From an uncultured Gammaproteobacteria bacterium (GTDB lineage Bacteria; Patescibacteriota; Microgenomatia; UBA12405): a stretch of 64,000 nucleotides of DNA. The DNA is taken from positions 19-64,018 of the forward strand of contig CAYXDV010000002.1 of NCBI GenBank assembly GCA_964463925.1. The letters are read 5' to 3'. The translations under genes and the position numbers were made by a program. Numbering within the stretch: position 1 is the stretch's first letter; each line of letters starts with the position of its first letter. Below the pieces are notes generated by a model, which was not told where the DNA came from, did not search any database, and saw only the letters and a list, made by a program, of their open reading frames with translations. Below are positions 28,050-38,352 of the stretch, piece by piece.

Positions 28050-31000
28050 CCTAGGTCAAATTTCCAGTCATCAAAAGCAAGAAGCCTATTTAAACAAACT
28101 AAAATCCAGCGGCACCAGTCAATCCACCTTAGCCAGAAAACAAGCCAGCCTAAACACCTTTAATCGCTTTGCTGCCATAAAATTTCCTAAATCTACTACA
28201 TCAAAAATAGTATCTACCACCTCAAAGTCAATTAAATTAGCACCAAGCTTTAATCCACTGAAAATTTTAATACCCGTAACTCTTTTCCTTCTAATAGGAG
28301 CCCTAACCTATGGATTTTTTCGTCAAACTATTCAGCAGGCAGTTCAAAGCTTTGCTTACCCGAATACCCCAACACGTCCAACCAGGCGTTTATCTTTCCA
28401 GGGTCGCCTAACAGATACCACTGGTACCCCTATTACCAGTCCTAGTAACGTTAAATTCGGTTTGTGGAACGCTGGCACTGGAGGTACTGAACTATATAAC
28501 ACTGGAACAGGTGGAACAGTAGTACCAGATCAAAATGGTATTTTTTCAGTCTTAATAGGTGATCAAGTTGGCACTGAAATACCAGCCAACATCTTTACTG
28601 AAAACCAAAACATCTACTTAGAAATTACCATGAACCCCAGCTCATCAGCAGAGACCATGACTCCCCGCCAACAGATAGCTAGTGTTGGTTATGCCTTAAA
28701 TTCCGAAACTTTGCAAGGTTACCCCCCACTTGGAGTAGGACAGTCAAATGTTGTATTGGTTTTAGATAATACTGGTGTTTTGAATCTTGGCTATACCTCC
28801 CCAACATTCAAATCTACTGCTGGTACTTTTGGCCTTGAAGGCCAAGCTATGACTCTAAAAGCCACAGATACCAGCAATGGCAGCCTCAATCTAAACCCAG
28901 ACGGTACTGGAAATGTAAACATGATTTTCGAAGGAACTTCTGCTGTTGGGGCTACTGGGTTCCTGAGTTTGACAAATGCCAATTTAAGCGGTGGCGCTTT
29001 GATCTATTCTAATATCAACAATACTAATCGTGGCTACGATTTCATCAATTTTCAAAACTATAATCCAGCCACCACTACTCTAGCCAGTCGTTTTCGAGTT
29101 GATGCCTACGGCAATGCTTCTATTGGTGGCACCATGTCTGCTGTTAATATTGCAGTTTCGGGCAATTCAAATATTGGTGGCACTCTTAATTTAACCAACA
29201 CCCCTCAGGGTGTCGGAACGACCGTTCTCTATCTAAGCAACACTGGCGTAGTTACCCAGGGCACATTACCAGCAACTTCTAGTGGAATTGCTTCTGGCTA
29301 CAATGGGCTCAGTATTGGCGGCACCGCAATTGGACTAGGAGGCACTCTAAATCAGAACACCAATATTGGCACTAGCAACTTTTATCTTCGTTTTACCGGA
29401 CAGACTAACCAAGAAGCTTTATATATAAATAATGCAGGTGACCTAGGTGTTGGCACTACTAATGCCTATGCTAATGCCCAGTTAAGCCTAGAAGGTGGCT
29501 ACCTCGGCTTAGAAAATGGTGATTTTGGCGGCAGCAGAGGTATTCGTTTCCGCAACAGTGCTGATACAGGAACCGCATCTATTTCTGGCGGCGGAATATA
29601 TCAAGCAAGCAATGATGTTCTTTATCTTCAAGATGGAGCAACAAACATAACCATCCTTCGCAATAGTATTGGTGGTGAAAAACTTAGGATTACTAACTCA
29701 GGCATTGGTATCACAGGTGGAGGAATCATTTATCCAAGTAGCGATTCTACTAATGGTTTATCTATTGCCAATTCGTCTGGTACCAAATTCGTCGGTTTTG
29801 ATACCACTAATCAAAGGGTCGGCATTGGTACCACAATTCCAAACGACACTTTTTCCGTAAACAATCAATTCACAATTAATAGTTCTGGGGTTGCCAAAGC
29901 AGCCAATGGTTCTACCACCACTCCGTCATACAGTTATCTAAACGATACTTCTAGTGGTCTTTATCTAAACACAACCAGTGATATTCGAGTTTCCATCGGC
30001 ACCACTTCAGTAGCTCAATTTACACCACTCGGAATGACTATTGGTAAAAGCCTGGGTTATGACACTGGTGCCACCCTGCGTCTTAGTAACAGTTCATCTG
30101 GTGGCAGGAATAGTCTCGTTTTATTAAATGCAAACACTGGGGTTGGTAGTAGTAGCTCTGCCTTAACTTGGAAAAATGCATCGAATACAACTCTTTGGGA
30201 AATGGCCAATGATAATGGTGCCAACGGAGGACAGAATTTTTATCTCTACGACGGCCTCGCCGGACAATATCGTTGGCACGTAAATTCTTCAGGCAATATG
30301 GGCATTGGTACTGTAAATCAAACAGGTAAACTCTCAGTAGTTGGCTCCCAGGGAGACACTCGCTCAGTATCAATTGATAATCGTGAAATAAAATTCCGAG
30401 GAGATGGTGTGGCCCATATGTCAATCTTTGGCCCAGACACTAGTAAATCTTACTTAACAATCCAGAATACTAGCAGTAGCTCAGCCGTTGGAACAACAGG
30501 CGCTGATCTATTAACAGTACTGTCTTCTGGCTCAGTTGGTATTGGCACAACTTCTCCAAGAGGTATCCTGCAGGTTGGCCAAGATATCGGTGGTACTGGA
30601 CCAATTTTAACTTTCTTATCAGCAGGAACAACAGGTAAATTTGGTGTTGGGACCACCAACCCAGTCGATACGTTAGAAGTTGTCGGCAATGCCGTAGCCA
30701 ATACCTTTGTCGACCGCCAAAATATTAGTTATTTACTTGACCCAGCTCAAACCAGCAACACAGCCTCTTCTCTATCTCTTACATCTACAGGATCCGTTCG
30801 CTTCAACTCTACTTACAACACTGGCTGGAAATCTATCGATACTGGAAACGATACTCTAATTAAGCTTGAAGCTCAAAGCAATAGTGCCACTAATCGTGGC
30901 TTGATTCTTGGTATTGCCACTACTGGCGCCGGCGGAACCATGACTCCAGGCTTGTGGGATTCACAGTCTTTATATCTAAAAAACAATGGTTACATTGGCA

Positions 31001-34000
31001 TCGGTACCACTAATCCAAGTTATCGTTTGGAGGTTGCTGGTTCAGTCCGAATTGGTGGAACTTTATTTGATACCACAAGTCAAGCAGGTACGGCAGGCCA
31101 AGTTTTAATGAGTACTGGAACCGGTGTCAGCTGGGGTTCGGGTTCCACTCCTACCAATGGTTTGCAATACATCGGCAACAGTATTGGTCTTGGTGGAACT
31201 CTGGTCCAAAACACAACCATTGGAACTAGTAGTTTCTACTTAAATTTTTTGGGTCTTGGTAACACCCAATCACTTTATTTGGCATCCAGCGGTTATATTG
31301 GTATAGGTACCACCACTGCCAACGCCAAACTTAGCTTGGGCAACAATGTTGCTACTGGATTTTTAGATACATATGGCGAATATCAAATTTTATTATTTGA
31401 TGCCGGTGGAGCCGGCGGTTCTTATGGATTGGGTGTTAAAGGAAGCACTTTAGTAATGAATAGTGGTGCCGGAGCTTATAGTTTCGACCGTGCCGGTAAT
31501 GCCACAACTCTGTATATGGACACCTCCGGTAATGTCGGTATTGGCACCACTAGCCCTTCTGGTAGATTAGATGTTGTTAATGGGACAACTAATTATTTAG
31601 GAACTAATCAATTTGCAGATGGAATAGCTGAATTGGGCTCTAGGGGAACAGGAAACAGATATTCATATATCGATTTTCATGGAGATGATACCTATACAGA
31701 TTTTGGCTTAAGAATAATTCGTAACAATACTGGGGCCAATGCCGACTCTCAAATAAGTCACCGAGGCACAGGACAGCTTGCCATTCGCACCGAAGAAGCT
31801 GGAAGTAATATCGGACTGTGGACAGCAGCTGGAGAAAGAGTGCGTATTACTGACACTGGCAATGTTGGTATTGGCACCACGGTCCCAAGAAATGGTTTAG
31901 AATTAGCCAAATTAGACAGTAATTATATTACATCGCTTAGGATTGGAGGAATAACTGGGGGTAATACAGGGGTCGGTCTCAGTACAGAAACCTCTAGACA
32001 CCAAATTCTCTTTTCTAGCTGGAGAGATACTCAAACCGATACCGTAGGAGCCAAAATCGCTGCCATAAACTTAAATAACTGGTCGGCTGGAAATGCTGCT
32101 GTACAAAAAACTGACTTAGCTTTTTTTACTCTTGGAACAACCCCAACCAGCACAGACAATACAACTGAAAAAATGAGATTAACTAGTAACGGCTATTTAG
32201 GAGTAGGTACCACCAATCCTTATGCTGGCCTAGATGTCAAAGGTGGAGCTTTTTTTGATGGTAATCTGTTTAACTATAATACGAATGGTGTCAATGGAAT
32301 TTCTGACGAAGCTAGTTTGGTACCCAATACCGGTTTTGAGATAGTCGATCCCAATAATTCAAACTTAGCTATTGGTTGGACTGCTCTTATGGTCGGTAGC
32401 TCTGGATTACAAACCGTAACTCGAGAAACCGGCAGTACTATGGTCACCCAAGGTAATGCTGCTGTAAAAATTACTCGAGGTGGAACTTCGGGTCAAGGTT
32501 ACATTCTACTTTCCTCTTGTATTCCTATCAGCCAAAATCGCAATTACATTCTCTCTTGGATCGATATTGGCACCACCAGTGATAATAACGGTATGTACGG
32601 AGCCTATGAGGGTTATACCACTCTATCTGATTGTGCCAGTCGTAATATAGGTGCCGGAACTTCTGGCAATAGTGTTCAAACATATTATGGAGCAACTGCC
32701 GAAGGAACACTGACCAAAAACACCTTCAAACCTCATTACACCACACCGTTTAATGCTGGCACAGGATATAAATGGGCTCGTTTTGGTTTCCGCAGCAACA
32801 CTTTTGCTGTTAGTGGTGGCACTGCTTATTTTGATGCCTTCAAAGCCTGGACTGATGATAATTATTCATCCAACACCCAAGGTGGAGTCGACCTTGCAGA
32901 AAATTATCCCGTCAATCCAGATCAAAACATTGAACCTGGAGATCTTGTCGCCCTATCCCCAACTCTTTCCACAGAAGCTGGAATCAATGTTTTAGAAAAG
33001 TCAACTACCCCCAATCAATCCACTTTATTTGGAGTAGTTTCTACTAAACCAGGGTTGGTTTTGGATGATTCTATACCTTACACTCGTGCTGCCATTGCCC
33101 TAGCTGGTCGGGTTCCAATCAAAATTAGTCCCAACTCAGCACCAATTTTAGCTGGAGATTATATTACTAGTAGTTCTTACGCTGGTTTTGGACAAAAATC
33201 ACTTTCAGCCGGAAAAGTCATTGGCCAAGCATTGGAATCCTGGACTCCAGAATCAGGTAAATCAACCATCACTATCCTTATCAATAACACCTACTACACT
33301 CCACAAATATTCCTCACAAACTCCGGACACATCCAAACAAATTTTGTAACAGATTCCAAAGCTTTAGCCAGCTTGGGACTTGAAAGTAGTCAGGATGCCA
33401 TAGTTCATGCTAACTATGATCTTGTTGACCAACTTGGAAATACTTTGAATCGTACTGAACAGTTTAGTAATATTTTGAGTGCAAAAATTATGACTGGATT
33501 ATTGGAAGCCAACAATATTGTAACAAACATTACCACAAGTAAAACTACTATTACAAAAGACCTCTATACTGAGACCATCTCTCCTCTGGGCAACAACACT
33601 CAAATTAAAATAAATTCAGACTTAAATGTTGCCGGCAATTTACTTGCCACCGATATTGCTACTACAAAATTGATTGCTTCTGAAGCCAGTATTAGTGGCA
33701 CCCTTTATGCTGACAGGATTGTTTCCAAAGAAGGCAACTTCAATGATTTGTTAACAAGCAGAGTTGTCGCCCTTAGAACTGAATTGCAAACATTCATCAG
33801 TAGCAACACAGCTCCTGCAATGCCACCCTCTACCATCGCTAGTCAAATACCTCTTTGGTCCTTTGATGTAGGCACAAGTGCCACTGAAATCAAAGGTGAT
33901 TTAAAACTATCTGACAATTTAATAGTTGCTGCCAAACTACAAGTACAGGGACAAGCCCAATTAGCATCTGCCCTAGTTGCTCATGATCTCACAATCGACC

Positions 34001-34542
34001 AGATCCAAATATCACAAAACTATATCAAATCATCTACAAACAGCCTTGCCATCCAACCACAAAAGACAGGCATAGTGACCATTCTTGGCGATCTGTTGAC
34101 TCTTGCAGACAATGGATCTGTCACTATTAATGGTGATTTAACAGTATCAGGCACCATTGCTAGTAGTGGTGTTTTAACTAGCAACTTAATAGCAACAGAT
34201 GCCAGCATTAGCGGAACGCTAACCTCTGGCAAATTGAATATTGCTACTGATAGTGCCACTCTGATTATCGCTCAGGATAATAACCTCAACCAAACAGCCG
34301 GCTCTTCTGCTCAAATTATCAGTAATGCCAGTGCAGGCCTGGCAACTCTACCGGCAGGCAGTACTGAACTCATTGTTCAATCAAATCAGCTGCATTCCAA
34401 TTCTATGGTCTATTTAACTCCAAATTCTTCCACCCAAAATCAAGTTGTCTATGTCAAGTCTAAAGATGACAAAAGCTTTACGATCGGTATCGATACCCCG
34501 CTACCCACTTCCATTCCTATCAACTGGTGGATAATTAATTAG
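28042..34542 (+). CDS. giant membrane-anchored surface protein (2166 aa) with tail-fibre-like GIGTTxP repeats
   Basis: Uninterrupted 6.5-kb ORF. The N-terminal ~40 aa carry a third SAM-like repeat (AYLNKLKSSGTSQSTLARKQASLNTFNRF), followed by a TM helix (ILIPVTLFLLIGALTYGFF). At least eight copies of (V/I)GIGTT(S/N/T/V/I)P...L(D/E/Q/S)V, as in phage tail-fibre proteins. Gly/Thr/Asn-rich, beta-rich. Confidence 0.9.
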   Translation: MLNLGQISSHQKQEAYLNKLKSSGTSQSTLARKQASLNTFNRFAAIKFPKSTTSKIVSTTSKSIKLAPSFNPLKILIPVTLFLLIGALTYGFFRQTIQQAVQSFAYPNTPTRPTRRLSFQGRLTDTTGTPITSPSNVKFGLWNAGTGGTELYNTGTGGTVVPDQNGIFSVLIGDQVGTEIPANIFTENQNIYLEITMNPSSSAETMTPRQQIASVGYALNSETLQGYPPLGVGQSNVVLVLDNTGVLNLGYTSPTFKSTAGTFGLEGQAMTLKATDTSNGSLNLNPDGTGNVNMIFEGTSAVGATGFLSLTNANLSGGALIYSNINNTNRGYDFINFQNYNPATTTLASRFRVDAYGNASIGGTMSAVNIAVSGNSNIGGTLNLTNTPQGVGTTVLYLSNTGVVTQGTLPATSSGIASGYNGLSIGGTAIGLGGTLNQNTNIGTSNFYLRFTGQTNQEALYINNAGDLGVGTTNAYANAQLSLEGGYLGLENGDFGGSRGIRFRNSADTGTASISGGGIYQASNDVLYLQDGATNITILRNSIGGEKLRITNSGIGITGGGIIYPSSDSTNGLSIANSSGTKFVGFDTTNQRVGIGTTIPNDTFSVNNQFTINSSGVAKAANGSTTTPSYSYLNDTSSGLYLNTTSDIRVSIGTTSVAQFTPLGMTIGKSLGYDTGATLRLSNSSSGGRNSLVLLNANTGVGSSSSALTWKNASNTTLWEMANDNGANGGQNFYLYDGLAGQYRWHVNSSGNMGIGTVNQTGKLSVVGSQGDTRSVSIDNREIKFRGDGVAHMSIFGPDTSKSYLTIQNTSSSSAVGTTGADLLTVLSSGSVGIGTTSPRGILQVGQDIGGTGPILTFLSAGTTGKFGVGTTNPVDTLEVVGNAVANTFVDRQNISYLLDPAQTSNTASSLSLTSTGSVRFNSTYNTGWKSIDTGNDTLIKLEAQSNSATNRGLILGIATTGAGGTMTPGLWDSQSLYLKNNGYIGIGTTNPSYRLEVAGSVRIGGTLFDTTSQAGTAGQVLMSTGTGVSWGSGSTPTNGLQYIGNSIGLGGTLVQNTTIGTSSFYLNFLGLGNTQSLYLASSGYIGIGTTTANAKLSLGNNVATGFLDTYGEYQILLFDAGGAGGSYGLGVKGSTLVMNSGAGAYSFDRAGNATTLYMDTSGNVGIGTTSPSGRLDVVNGTTNYLGTNQFADGIAELGSRGTGNRYSYIDFHGDDTYTDFGLRIIRNNTGANADSQISHRGTGQLAIRTEEAGSNIGLWTAAGERVRITDTGNVGIGTTVPRNGLELAKLDSNYITSLRIGGITGGNTGVGLSTETSRHQILFSSWRDTQTDTVGAKIAAINLNNWSAGNAAVQKTDLAFFTLGTTPTSTDNTTEKMRLTSNGYLGVGTTNPYAGLDVKGGAFFDGNLFNYNTNGVNGISDEASLVPNTGFEIVDPNNSNLAIGWTALMVGSSGLQTVTRETGSTMVTQGNAAVKITRGGTSGQGYILLSSCIPISQNRNYILSWIDIGTTSDNNGMYGAYEGYTTLSDCASRNIGAGTSGNSVQTYYGATAEGTLTKNTFKPHYTTPFNAGTGYKWARFGFRSNTFAVSGGTAYFDAFKAWTDDNYSSNTQGGVDLAENYPVNPDQNIEPGDLVALSPTLSTEAGINVLEKSTTPNQSTLFGVVSTKPGLVLDDSIPYTRAAIALAGRVPIKISPNSAPILAGDYITSSSYAGFGQKSLSAGKVIGQALESWTPESGKSTITILINNTYYTPQIFLTNSGHIQTNFVTDSKALASLGLESSQDAIVHANYDLVDQLGNTLNRTEQFSNILSAKIMTGLLEANNIVTNITTSKTTITKDLYTETISPLGNNTQIKINSDLNVAGNLLATDIATTKLIASEASISGTLYADRIVSKEGNFNDLLTSRVVALRTELQTFISSNTAPAMPPSTIASQIPLWSFDVGTSATEIKGDLKLSDNLIVAAKLQVQGQAQLASALVAHDLTIDQIQISQNYIKSSTNSLAIQPQKTGIVTILGDLLTLADNGSVTINGDLTVSGTIASSGVLTSNLIATDASISGTLTSGKLNIATDSATLIIAQDNNLNQTAGSSAQIISNASAGLATLPAGSTELIVQSNQLHSNSMVYLTPNSSTQNQVVYVKSKDDKSFTIGIDTPLPTSIPINWWIIN

Positions 34543-36352
34543 CTGTATACTTTTCTTTCCATTCTAAAAAATCATCTATTTTAAGCAGATTTATTACGTA
34601 CAATTGTTTCCAGTATGTAAAATCATTCAGATCTACAGCCATGTCTTTATTTAAATCAGCATCTGAATAATAAAATTTAGATACTCCCGGACTAGTATCA
34701 ACAATAGGCTCAACAAAAACCCCATCAAGTCTATATTCAGTTGACTTTTCCAAATAAAACTCTATTCGTAATTTCACTGTCAATGGGTTGACTTTAGTAT
34801 CTTGAGTTATCTCTTTATATTCTGGAGAGCTAAAAAAGGTGGTCTCAGAAGAATCTAGTACATTGCCTTTATCTCCAAACTGCCACATTTTTATCGTCAG
34901 CTGACCATTACTCAAACTACTTACTATGCCCCCAAATTTCAAAATAGTATATTTTCCAGGTATGATTTCTACATCTTGATAAATACTTTGTCTAGGCCTA
35001 CATTCACCGCCACAGTTTGTTGCCAAAAAACATCTTGCATCATAAGATTCCTCTGGCTTTCTTAAAACTAAATAGTTAGTTGTGCTGCCAACCGGTTGCA
35101 TTCGATCCCAGCCAGAAAAATCACATCTATCAAAATCACCATTAGTTAATAGGTTTTTTTTAAAAACAAGCTCGTAAATATATATACCAGTGTAGCCGCC
35201 CATTTCCTCCCAATTTGGATCTCTAGAAACATGCATATAATATTTTCCAGTCTTGTCATCCTGAAATATAGATGCATATTGTAAATCACAAGCCGGAGTT
35301 TCCCCTTTCTTATCCATTCTTTTTGAAGAGTATAAAATTGGATTTCCAGCAGGCAGCTGTTCCAAATTCCTCAACCATATATCAGAACTTCTAACAACTC
35401 CATAATCCCAATTCTGGTCCTTCATACACAACAAACTAGTATCCATCGATTCAGTAATCAAATAATATTCATCACCTTCTTTCCAGCTTCTAGCAAAACC
35501 AAAACCTTTGTTCTCGCCCTGCCAAAGCTCCCTCCATATTCTGGAATCTCTCTTGGATAATACAGAATCATCACCTGTTTCATAATCCACAAAATTTTTT
35601 GTTCTAGCTGTCCCACGAAAACCAGCAAGCCCATCAAAACCATGAAAACTAATGTAATAATAGCCATCTATTTTGTCATAAATATCAAAGGTACCTTCGT
35701 CAGCAACCTTACCAATTCCTCCAGATTCTTGAACACACACATCAGCATTTGAATTACATATTTTCCTCCACAATTCACCACCAACAATTACCGGAGCAGT
35801 TTTAAGTTCAAAATCACCATAAGGGTCAATATTATTTCTAGTTGCCAAACACCCGTTCCAATGCCCGTCAGATCCTAAGCATTGAAACAAATATAGCCAT
35901 TGGTTTTTGTCCCTGTCAAAGTACATACTTCCATCAGTACCGCTGCACTCCCAAGGACTTCCAGCCACAGCCTTTGGGACAATCACTTGGGGCCAGGACC
36001 AAGTTTTACCCTGGTCATATGATCTCCTTATTGTAGAACCAGATGCACCTTGACCATTGGTAATGTCCAAACATTTCTTCGAGGTTTTATTTTCCCAATC
36101 ATATTCTCTAGCCACCATATACCACACCCCATTCTTAACAAAAATCTGAGTTCCTGCTTGATATCCATATATATTTATAAATTTATCAACATTTTCTTGC
36201 CATTGACTAGAATCTTTGATTAGTAATGAATTATTTAGTTTCCATTCGGCTTTCCCTTCCCAATAATCTTTCAAAATCGGTTCACTGGCTATTGCGCAGT
36301 TTGCCACAGACATACCCCACAACATAAAAAAACATAATATATATTTTTTCAT
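34535..36352 (-). CDS. secreted BNR/Asp-box repeat (sialidase-superfamily beta-propeller) protein with C-terminal dockerin-like module
   Basis: Signal peptide. Asp-box SYDQGKTWS (SxDxGxTW). C-terminal DLNKDMAVDLNDFTYWKQLY...DDFLEWKEKY. Confidence 0.7.
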   Translation of the reverse strand: MKKYILCFFMLWGMSVANCAIASEPILKDYWEGKAEWKLNNSLLIKDSSQWQENVDKFINIYGYQAGTQIFVKNGVWYMVAREYDWENKTSKKCLDITNGQGASGSTIRRSYDQGKTWSWPQVIVPKAVAGSPWECSGTDGSMYFDRDKNQWLYLFQCLGSDGHWNGCLATRNNIDPYGDFELKTAPVIVGGELWRKICNSNADVCVQESGGIGKVADEGTFDIYDKIDGYYYISFHGFDGLAGFRGTARTKNFVDYETGDDSVLSKRDSRIWRELWQGENKGFGFARSWKEGDEYYLITESMDTSLLCMKDQNWDYGVVRSSDIWLRNLEQLPAGNPILYSSKRMDKKGETPACDLQYASIFQDDKTGKYYMHVSRDPNWEEMGGYTGIYIYELVFKKNLLTNGDFDRCDFSGWDRMQPVGSTTNYLVLRKPEESYDARCFLATNCGGECRPRQSIYQDVEIIPGKYTILKFGGIVSSLSNGQLTIKMWQFGDKGNVLDSSETTFFSSPEYKEITQDTKVNPLTVKLRIEFYLEKSTEYRLDGVFVEPIVDTSPGVSKFYYSDADLNKDMAVDLNDFTYWKQLYVINLLKIDDFLEWKEKYTAN

Positions 36353-36366
36353 TATTTCAAAATCAA

Positions 36367-38307
36367 CTAATTGACCCCAGGTGCCACCGTCACTATCGGA
36401 CTCAGACTAGGAGCAAGAGTTGGCGTGACCAAGTCATTTAGTTCTTTATTCCAAGTATTCAATTCTTTATTAGCCTTTTCATAATCAGAACTATCTACTG
36501 GAACTAGTTTTACAGCCTGCTGCATATAGCCAACAGCCTGCTGTAGCTTTCCAATTCTAGCCAGCGATTCTTTTCCCATTGCTTGTGATTGCAAATATGC
36601 CGTATGGGCCAGGTTATACCAGGCATTTGGTAAGTCTGGCTTAATCTTTACTGCTTCTTCAAAAATTTTAGCTGCTGTTTCCAAATCCCCTGCACCAAAA
36701 AACATTCCGCCCAATTCTATTCTAGTTAGTGGATTGGCCGGATCTACGTGTGCCATTTGTTGATAAGCCTGAATTGCCCAATCATATGCCCCATCCACCG
36801 TACCTACCATATTTTTATAAAACAAACCCAAAGTAGCCCACATATTTGGGTTAGCAGGCTCCAAGGCTACAGAGGCCTTTGCTTCATCAATTGCCTGGCC
36901 AAGTAAAACTGACAAATTTTGCTTATCACCATCTTTTACTGTTTTATCTTTACTGTTGGTAATATTTTGCATAATAGCCTGAGCTAGTGCAAAATTAGTT
37001 TGGGCGTAGGATCTTCTAATTTCCGCTAGTTGCGGACAGGAAAGGACAGCCTTTTGTTGCCAATTATATGCTCCATTCGGATCATTTTTCGACACCGCCT
37101 CCAAACCTAAACGCCAATAATATTCAGCCAGTGTTGGTTTTGCTAACCACCAAATACCCCCTCCTGTAGTCAACAGCACCACAACAAAAATTAACCATCC
37201 AGAAATATTTCTTCCCTTATTGCCAATTGTAAGCAATAGACCATGTTGATTTAATCTGTTGCTACTATAACCCAAAATCAAAAAACCAACCAAAAGTTGC
37301 GTCAACCAAAACCAAGGACCAGCCCAGCCCAACATTGCCACCAATATTAAAAGCCAGCCAAAATTGCTATGTTTGCGATAAGAGATTAACCACCAAAAAC
37401 CAAGTAACAATGCCAAAAAACCCAATAACCCAGCTTCTACTATCCAACTTAACCAGCCAAAGACTGAAGTAGAATATACCCGCATCCAATCAATGCCACT
37501 ATTTGTACTGGTCAAACGATATTTCCAAAAACCTTCAATAAAGTTGCCGGCGCCCAAACCCAAAAAAGGGTTTTGGCCGATTGTTTGCAATCCAATATTC
37601 CAGGAATTTTTTACATCGAGCCAACTAAAAGAAGATTTACTCAAACGATAGCCACCAGAAACCAGTCCCAGAATCAAAAAAACAAGTATAACTCCAGATT
37701 TAACATAACTATTCCCACCTTTGTAAGCAGTCCACCAACGCTGTAATCCCACTACTGTCAACAATAATAAAAATAATACTTCTGCATGTAAGGAACCAAA
37801 AAAGGAAAAAGTGGTCGACAAATTCAGCCATGGCAAGTTTTTACTAGGCAAAATTAAAGGCCAAATATTCTCAGGTAAAACAAAAATTATTAAACTAAGA
37901 ATCGAGAAAAAAACACCAAGCCACAGCCAAATCCCAATCATTTTCTTTAACCAACCAACACCCGATTGCATGCCCAAAAACCACCAAATACCCAGTGCCA
38001 ACAAGCTACCAATTCCCCAAGGATAATACATGCTTTTTGCCACAACTCCAGCTGGCTTACCAACCAACGACAATCCAGCGATTATCAGCATTAACAACCA
38101 CCAACTCAAAAACGGATGCCAAACCAATTTTGCATCTTTTTGCTTGATTATTAAAAGCGACCAAAATAGTAATCCCAAAAAACCGGAAAAAAGAAAAAAT
38201 GCTTGTTTTCCAAAGCCAAAACTATCAACTAAAAATGGATTAAAAACCCATAAAAGTAAAGCTAAACACAGCCACAAATATATCTTCCAAATTTTATCTA
38301 ATCTCAT
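36367..38307 (-). CDS. O-antigen ligase-like polytopic membrane protein with C-terminal TPR repeats
   Basis: About 12 TM helices in the N-terminal 400 aa. The C-terminal ~230 aa carry TPR-like helical repeats (WATLGLFYKNM, AWYNLAHTAYLQSQAMG). Confidence 0.55.
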   Translation of the reverse strand: MRLDKIWKIYLWLCLALLLWVFNPFLVDSFGFGKQAFFLFSGFLGLLFWSLLIIKQKDAKLVWHPFLSWWLLMLIIAGLSLVGKPAGVVAKSMYYPWGIGSLLALGIWWFLGMQSGVGWLKKMIGIWLWLGVFFSILSLIIFVLPENIWPLILPSKNLPWLNLSTTFSFFGSLHAEVLFLLLLTVVGLQRWWTAYKGGNSYVKSGVILVFLILGLVSGGYRLSKSSFSWLDVKNSWNIGLQTIGQNPFLGLGAGNFIEGFWKYRLTSTNSGIDWMRVYSTSVFGWLSWIVEAGLLGFLALLLGFWWLISYRKHSNFGWLLILVAMLGWAGPWFWLTQLLVGFLILGYSSNRLNQHGLLLTIGNKGRNISGWLIFVVVLLTTGGGIWWLAKPTLAEYYWRLGLEAVSKNDPNGAYNWQQKAVLSCPQLAEIRRSYAQTNFALAQAIMQNITNSKDKTVKDGDKQNLSVLLGQAIDEAKASVALEPANPNMWATLGLFYKNMVGTVDGAYDWAIQAYQQMAHVDPANPLTRIELGGMFFGAGDLETAAKIFEEAVKIKPDLPNAWYNLAHTAYLQSQAMGKESLARIGKLQQAVGYMQQAVKLVPVDSSDYEKANKELNTWNKELNDLVTPTLAPSLSPIVTVAPGVN

Positions 38308-38352
38308 TACTAAACGATAACATAATTTCCAGCTGCTTTCTTCACTCAGAAA

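Noticed and set aside
27630-34542. Prophage or integrative element inferred from an 'integrase' domain next to a 'tail fibre' protein
   Set aside because: Only the N-terminal SAM-like core-binding repeats are present, with no tyrosine-recombinase catalytic domain (no R..HxxR..Y). No capsid, terminase or portal genes, no att-like direct repeats, and no tRNA at the boundary. The tail-fibre-like repeats are better explained as an adhesin.
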